Of a stretch of 64,000 bases of DNA, positions 61,147-64,000 are shown piece after piece. The notes beneath the pieces were generated by a model. It ran no database searches. It saw nothing but the letters and a program-made list of their open reading frames with translations, and had not been told where the DNA came from. The stretch's first letter is position 1. The number at the start of each line of letters is the position of its first letter. The stretch lies in contig NC_058368.1 of NCBI RefSeq assembly GCF_018350175.1, forward strand, positions 26,042,001 to 26,106,000, read 5' to 3'. The position numbers and the translations under genes were made by a program. This DNA is from Felis catus (Eukaryota).

Positions 61147-64000
61147 AACTGTTTCTTTGCTTGTTTTCCCAATTTCCCAGTGCACAGGCAACACTGACCG
61201 GGGGCGCATGTTCTCCAAGTACGTGTTATGATAATTCAAAAATGGATGTAGATTTTTTAAAACTATTATTTGAGCACTCATCCTTCCGAATCTGACTGGC
61301 ATTGGCAAACTTGGTTTTGCAACTATTTTTGCTGTTTAGTGACCACCTGGTCCTTTTTGCTCCTGTCCTGCCTCAAGGCTCCCCGGTGATCACCGTCCCC
61401 ATGTCCCCGGGCCCGGTGCCCGTGGCTCCCCGGCAGCAGGCCTCGGACCACGGCAGCGTGGCCACACACCTACTTCTTTAGAGCCGAAGCCTCAGCCCGG
61501 AGTGACGGGGGTCAGAGCAGGAGGCTTCGCAGCCATGGAGAGAAGGGGACGGGAAGAGGCTGGTGTGACTATTTCCCCATCTTCCCCACTCCTGCCCAAC
61601 TGCAGGTGATGACTTCGGTGGGTCATTTTTCTTTTAAGAAAACAGCGAGGTTGTCCATATCAGCTCCCTGTCTTATTTGGCCTGAATAACGGATTTTCTT
61701 TCTATTTTGTTTAGCTTTCTGGTACAGCTAAGATCAGATGTCCTTCTTTATGTCATTGCTTGTTTGTTACTACTTTATTTGAAGGTCGTGTGAGGCTGGA
61801 GGCTCACTATTTATGAATTCTATCTACTTTTCAATCATCACCTGAGAACTAATACCCGTGCCCTTGCATCTCAAGTTACAAAAAAGGGACCCCAGCCAGT
61901 GTGGTTTAGGTGCTCTAAAGAGCAAAACTGCAGGGACCTCTCAGGGGTTTATTCATCCGGTTTTTTTCAGCCTCCACCGGCCCACCATACACTTCCTGTC
62001 CCCTCACACTCCACAGGAATGTTTTCCTGGAAGGCAGAGTCAACCCCGGGGAAAACTATTCTTTCCACATACTAATGGCTTCTCAAAGTCTCCCCAGAGG
62101 CACGGCCTCAGCAAGGGTTGCAGGGGGCAGGTTTCCACTTTGCCCAAAGGAGCCCCAGTCTGCCACTCATGCTGTTTGCCAAGTCCAGGGCATGTGTCCT
62201 TCCCTCCGCCTCGGCTGAGTGGTCTCTGGTGGGGAGACGAAGCATGAATGTTTATGGAGTGCCCACTATGGGCCAGACCCCACAGAGTTGCTTTGGTCAG
62301 TTACAAACACGTCCTTCTTTCAAGCAGATGGGATCCCACATGCTAGGCATCATCTGTGGCTCTCTTGGTGGTTGGTACTCTCCGGGACCCCTCAGTCCTC
62401 AGGGAGCACACACCTCATCTCCTGGCCTTGGCAGGGTTTCCCGATGGGATTTCCAAGGATCACAAGTCCTTCTGGAGGTGCCCAGTGCTGGGGGCACCTG
62501 GAAATTCTTCAGCAGGACCCAGTTAACTGGTACAGCCGCACGGTTGTCTGCCCCCAACTTTGGTTTATCTCAGAGCTGACAACTGATAACTTCTTACAGC
62601 AAGCTCCTCAGGGCAGGAAATATTTCCACTCACTCAAAGACACCCCTCACCTTAAAGGGGACCTAGAGGAGATCTTGTCTCTGTATTTCCCTCCAAGGGG
62701 CTGCTCACAGGGCACATATGCCCAGTCTCTATACAGCAGCACGGCCAGGTGAGGCCAGCAAACCTTGTTCACCCCAGTGTGGTAACTTTGGACCTTTTTG
62801 AATAATCCCTACTGATTCTGCTTGTGGGGTGGAGGAACAGCCCTCTCCATAGTCACTGTCCCAGAAACACCCCCCTGATGTTAGGGGGCCTGGACACATC
62901 CTCCACATGGGCTACACCCTGGGAATACTGAGACCTTCCTCTGCTTTCATAACCCTTTTAGACAGTGGGTCCGTGGGGAGAAGGGAGGACCCAGGACTGG
63001 TCCAACCTGGTTTCTAAGGAGGACAGCCTAGAATCTACATCATGACCACTCAAGGTTTGGTGAAATTGGATCTAACCTTCCATGGTGTTTAATCAGAGAG
63101 CTGGAGGCGTGGGATAGTTAGAATCTCTGGGCAGAGAAACATCCACAACAGGCAAGTGGCCTCACGGAGGTGGGGCCTGTATGGGTCATCACGGTGGAAG
63201 CAGGCCCCTCACGGCAGCTGGGGGAAGGGAAGGATGACAAGTTCCAGCCCTCCAGAGGGAGAGGAGTATTCTGGCAAGGCGTGGGCAGATTGTTGGGCCC
63301 CAAGCCAGGCAGCTGTGGTTTGGGGCCAGGTTCCAGGGCCAGCAGGGAACTGGAGTGCCAAATGGGAGCTGAGCAGGTGCCCAGTCATATGGTAGACTTG
63401 GCCCACAGGGTGGGTTTAGACAATAATACTCGGGCTGTAGGGCACCTGGGTGTCAAAGAACTCTCCTTATATCCCTGGGTACTTGGCTTGGGACAGCAAG
63501 AGTAATCAATCCTCTGTCTCCCCACTAGTGGCCAAAGACCCCAAATTATGAAACAATAAGCTTGAATAGGACTAGCTCAGCTACCTAGCAGGATAGAGAA
63601 AGTGTGCAGCTGTCCTGGAGATATAGGATTACCTTTATCCCCATCCTCCCCCCTCCCCCTTCCCCCCGATTCTTTCTTTGAGAGGCAGCCATTCCTATAA
63701 ACTGAAACAGATGAGTTCTTGCAAAGATGGCTCATAGATTTTTTTTTATCTCTGAAATTCACACACAAAGAGGCTATAGATGATGGATATGTACATCTAT
63801 ACATACCCACAGACACACTCATGCATACGGATAGGTCTTACATACATAGTAGATGAATCCCTAAAAAGTCATATTTAAGTTCAGTTTTTATAAATAATCC
63901 CTACTTAAAATTATCAAGGCAGCATCTCTTGGTGGATCTTCCTGCTCTCTTTAATTAAATAATAGGACATATGCAGCCTAACTCTTTTTTTTTTTCCTTT

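Noticed and set aside
61858..63505. Cluster of 110-177-aa overlapping ORFs
   Set aside because: Several frames open at once in GC-rich DNA, no recognisable protein, no convincing splice structure.
52543..63705. Shared 14-mer ctataaactgaaac at ~52543 and ~63696
   Set aside because: Several exact 14-mer matches are expected by chance within 64 kb, and the flanks do not align.
1..64000. tRNA genes, CRISPR arrays, operons or other prokaryote-type systems
   Set aside because: tRNA-like A/B boxes all belong to SINE heads; no regularly spaced repeat-spacer array; the DNA is mammalian.

Overview
Eukaryotic, mammalian non-coding DNA, almost certainly from a cat-family (Felidae) genome. The basis is about 28 tRNA-derived CAN-SINEs, four of them near-consensus young feline SINEC_Fc-type copies. 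I can support no intact protein-coding gene. The ORFs I could assign come from SINEs, L1 or a pseudogene, and the rest show no recognisable homology. The window is dominated by transposable elements: CAN-SINEs with clear target-site duplications (TSDs), carnivore and ancient L1 pieces, MIR, L2, MaLR/ERVL LTRs, one solo ERV1-type LTR, and hAT remnants. It also holds a heavily decayed RPL23A processed pseudogene at ~23.6-24.0 kb. The observations most worth following up are (1) unusual retrotransposition junctions, (2) three + strand candidate exons that may belong to an unannotated, probably non-coding transcript, (3) two symmetric or hairpin elements, (4) a local duplication and (5) several candidate enhancers. 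I found no evidence for a genuinely new biological system. Repeat subfamily names come from my recall of consensus sequences, not from a database search, and boundaries of old repeats are approximate.
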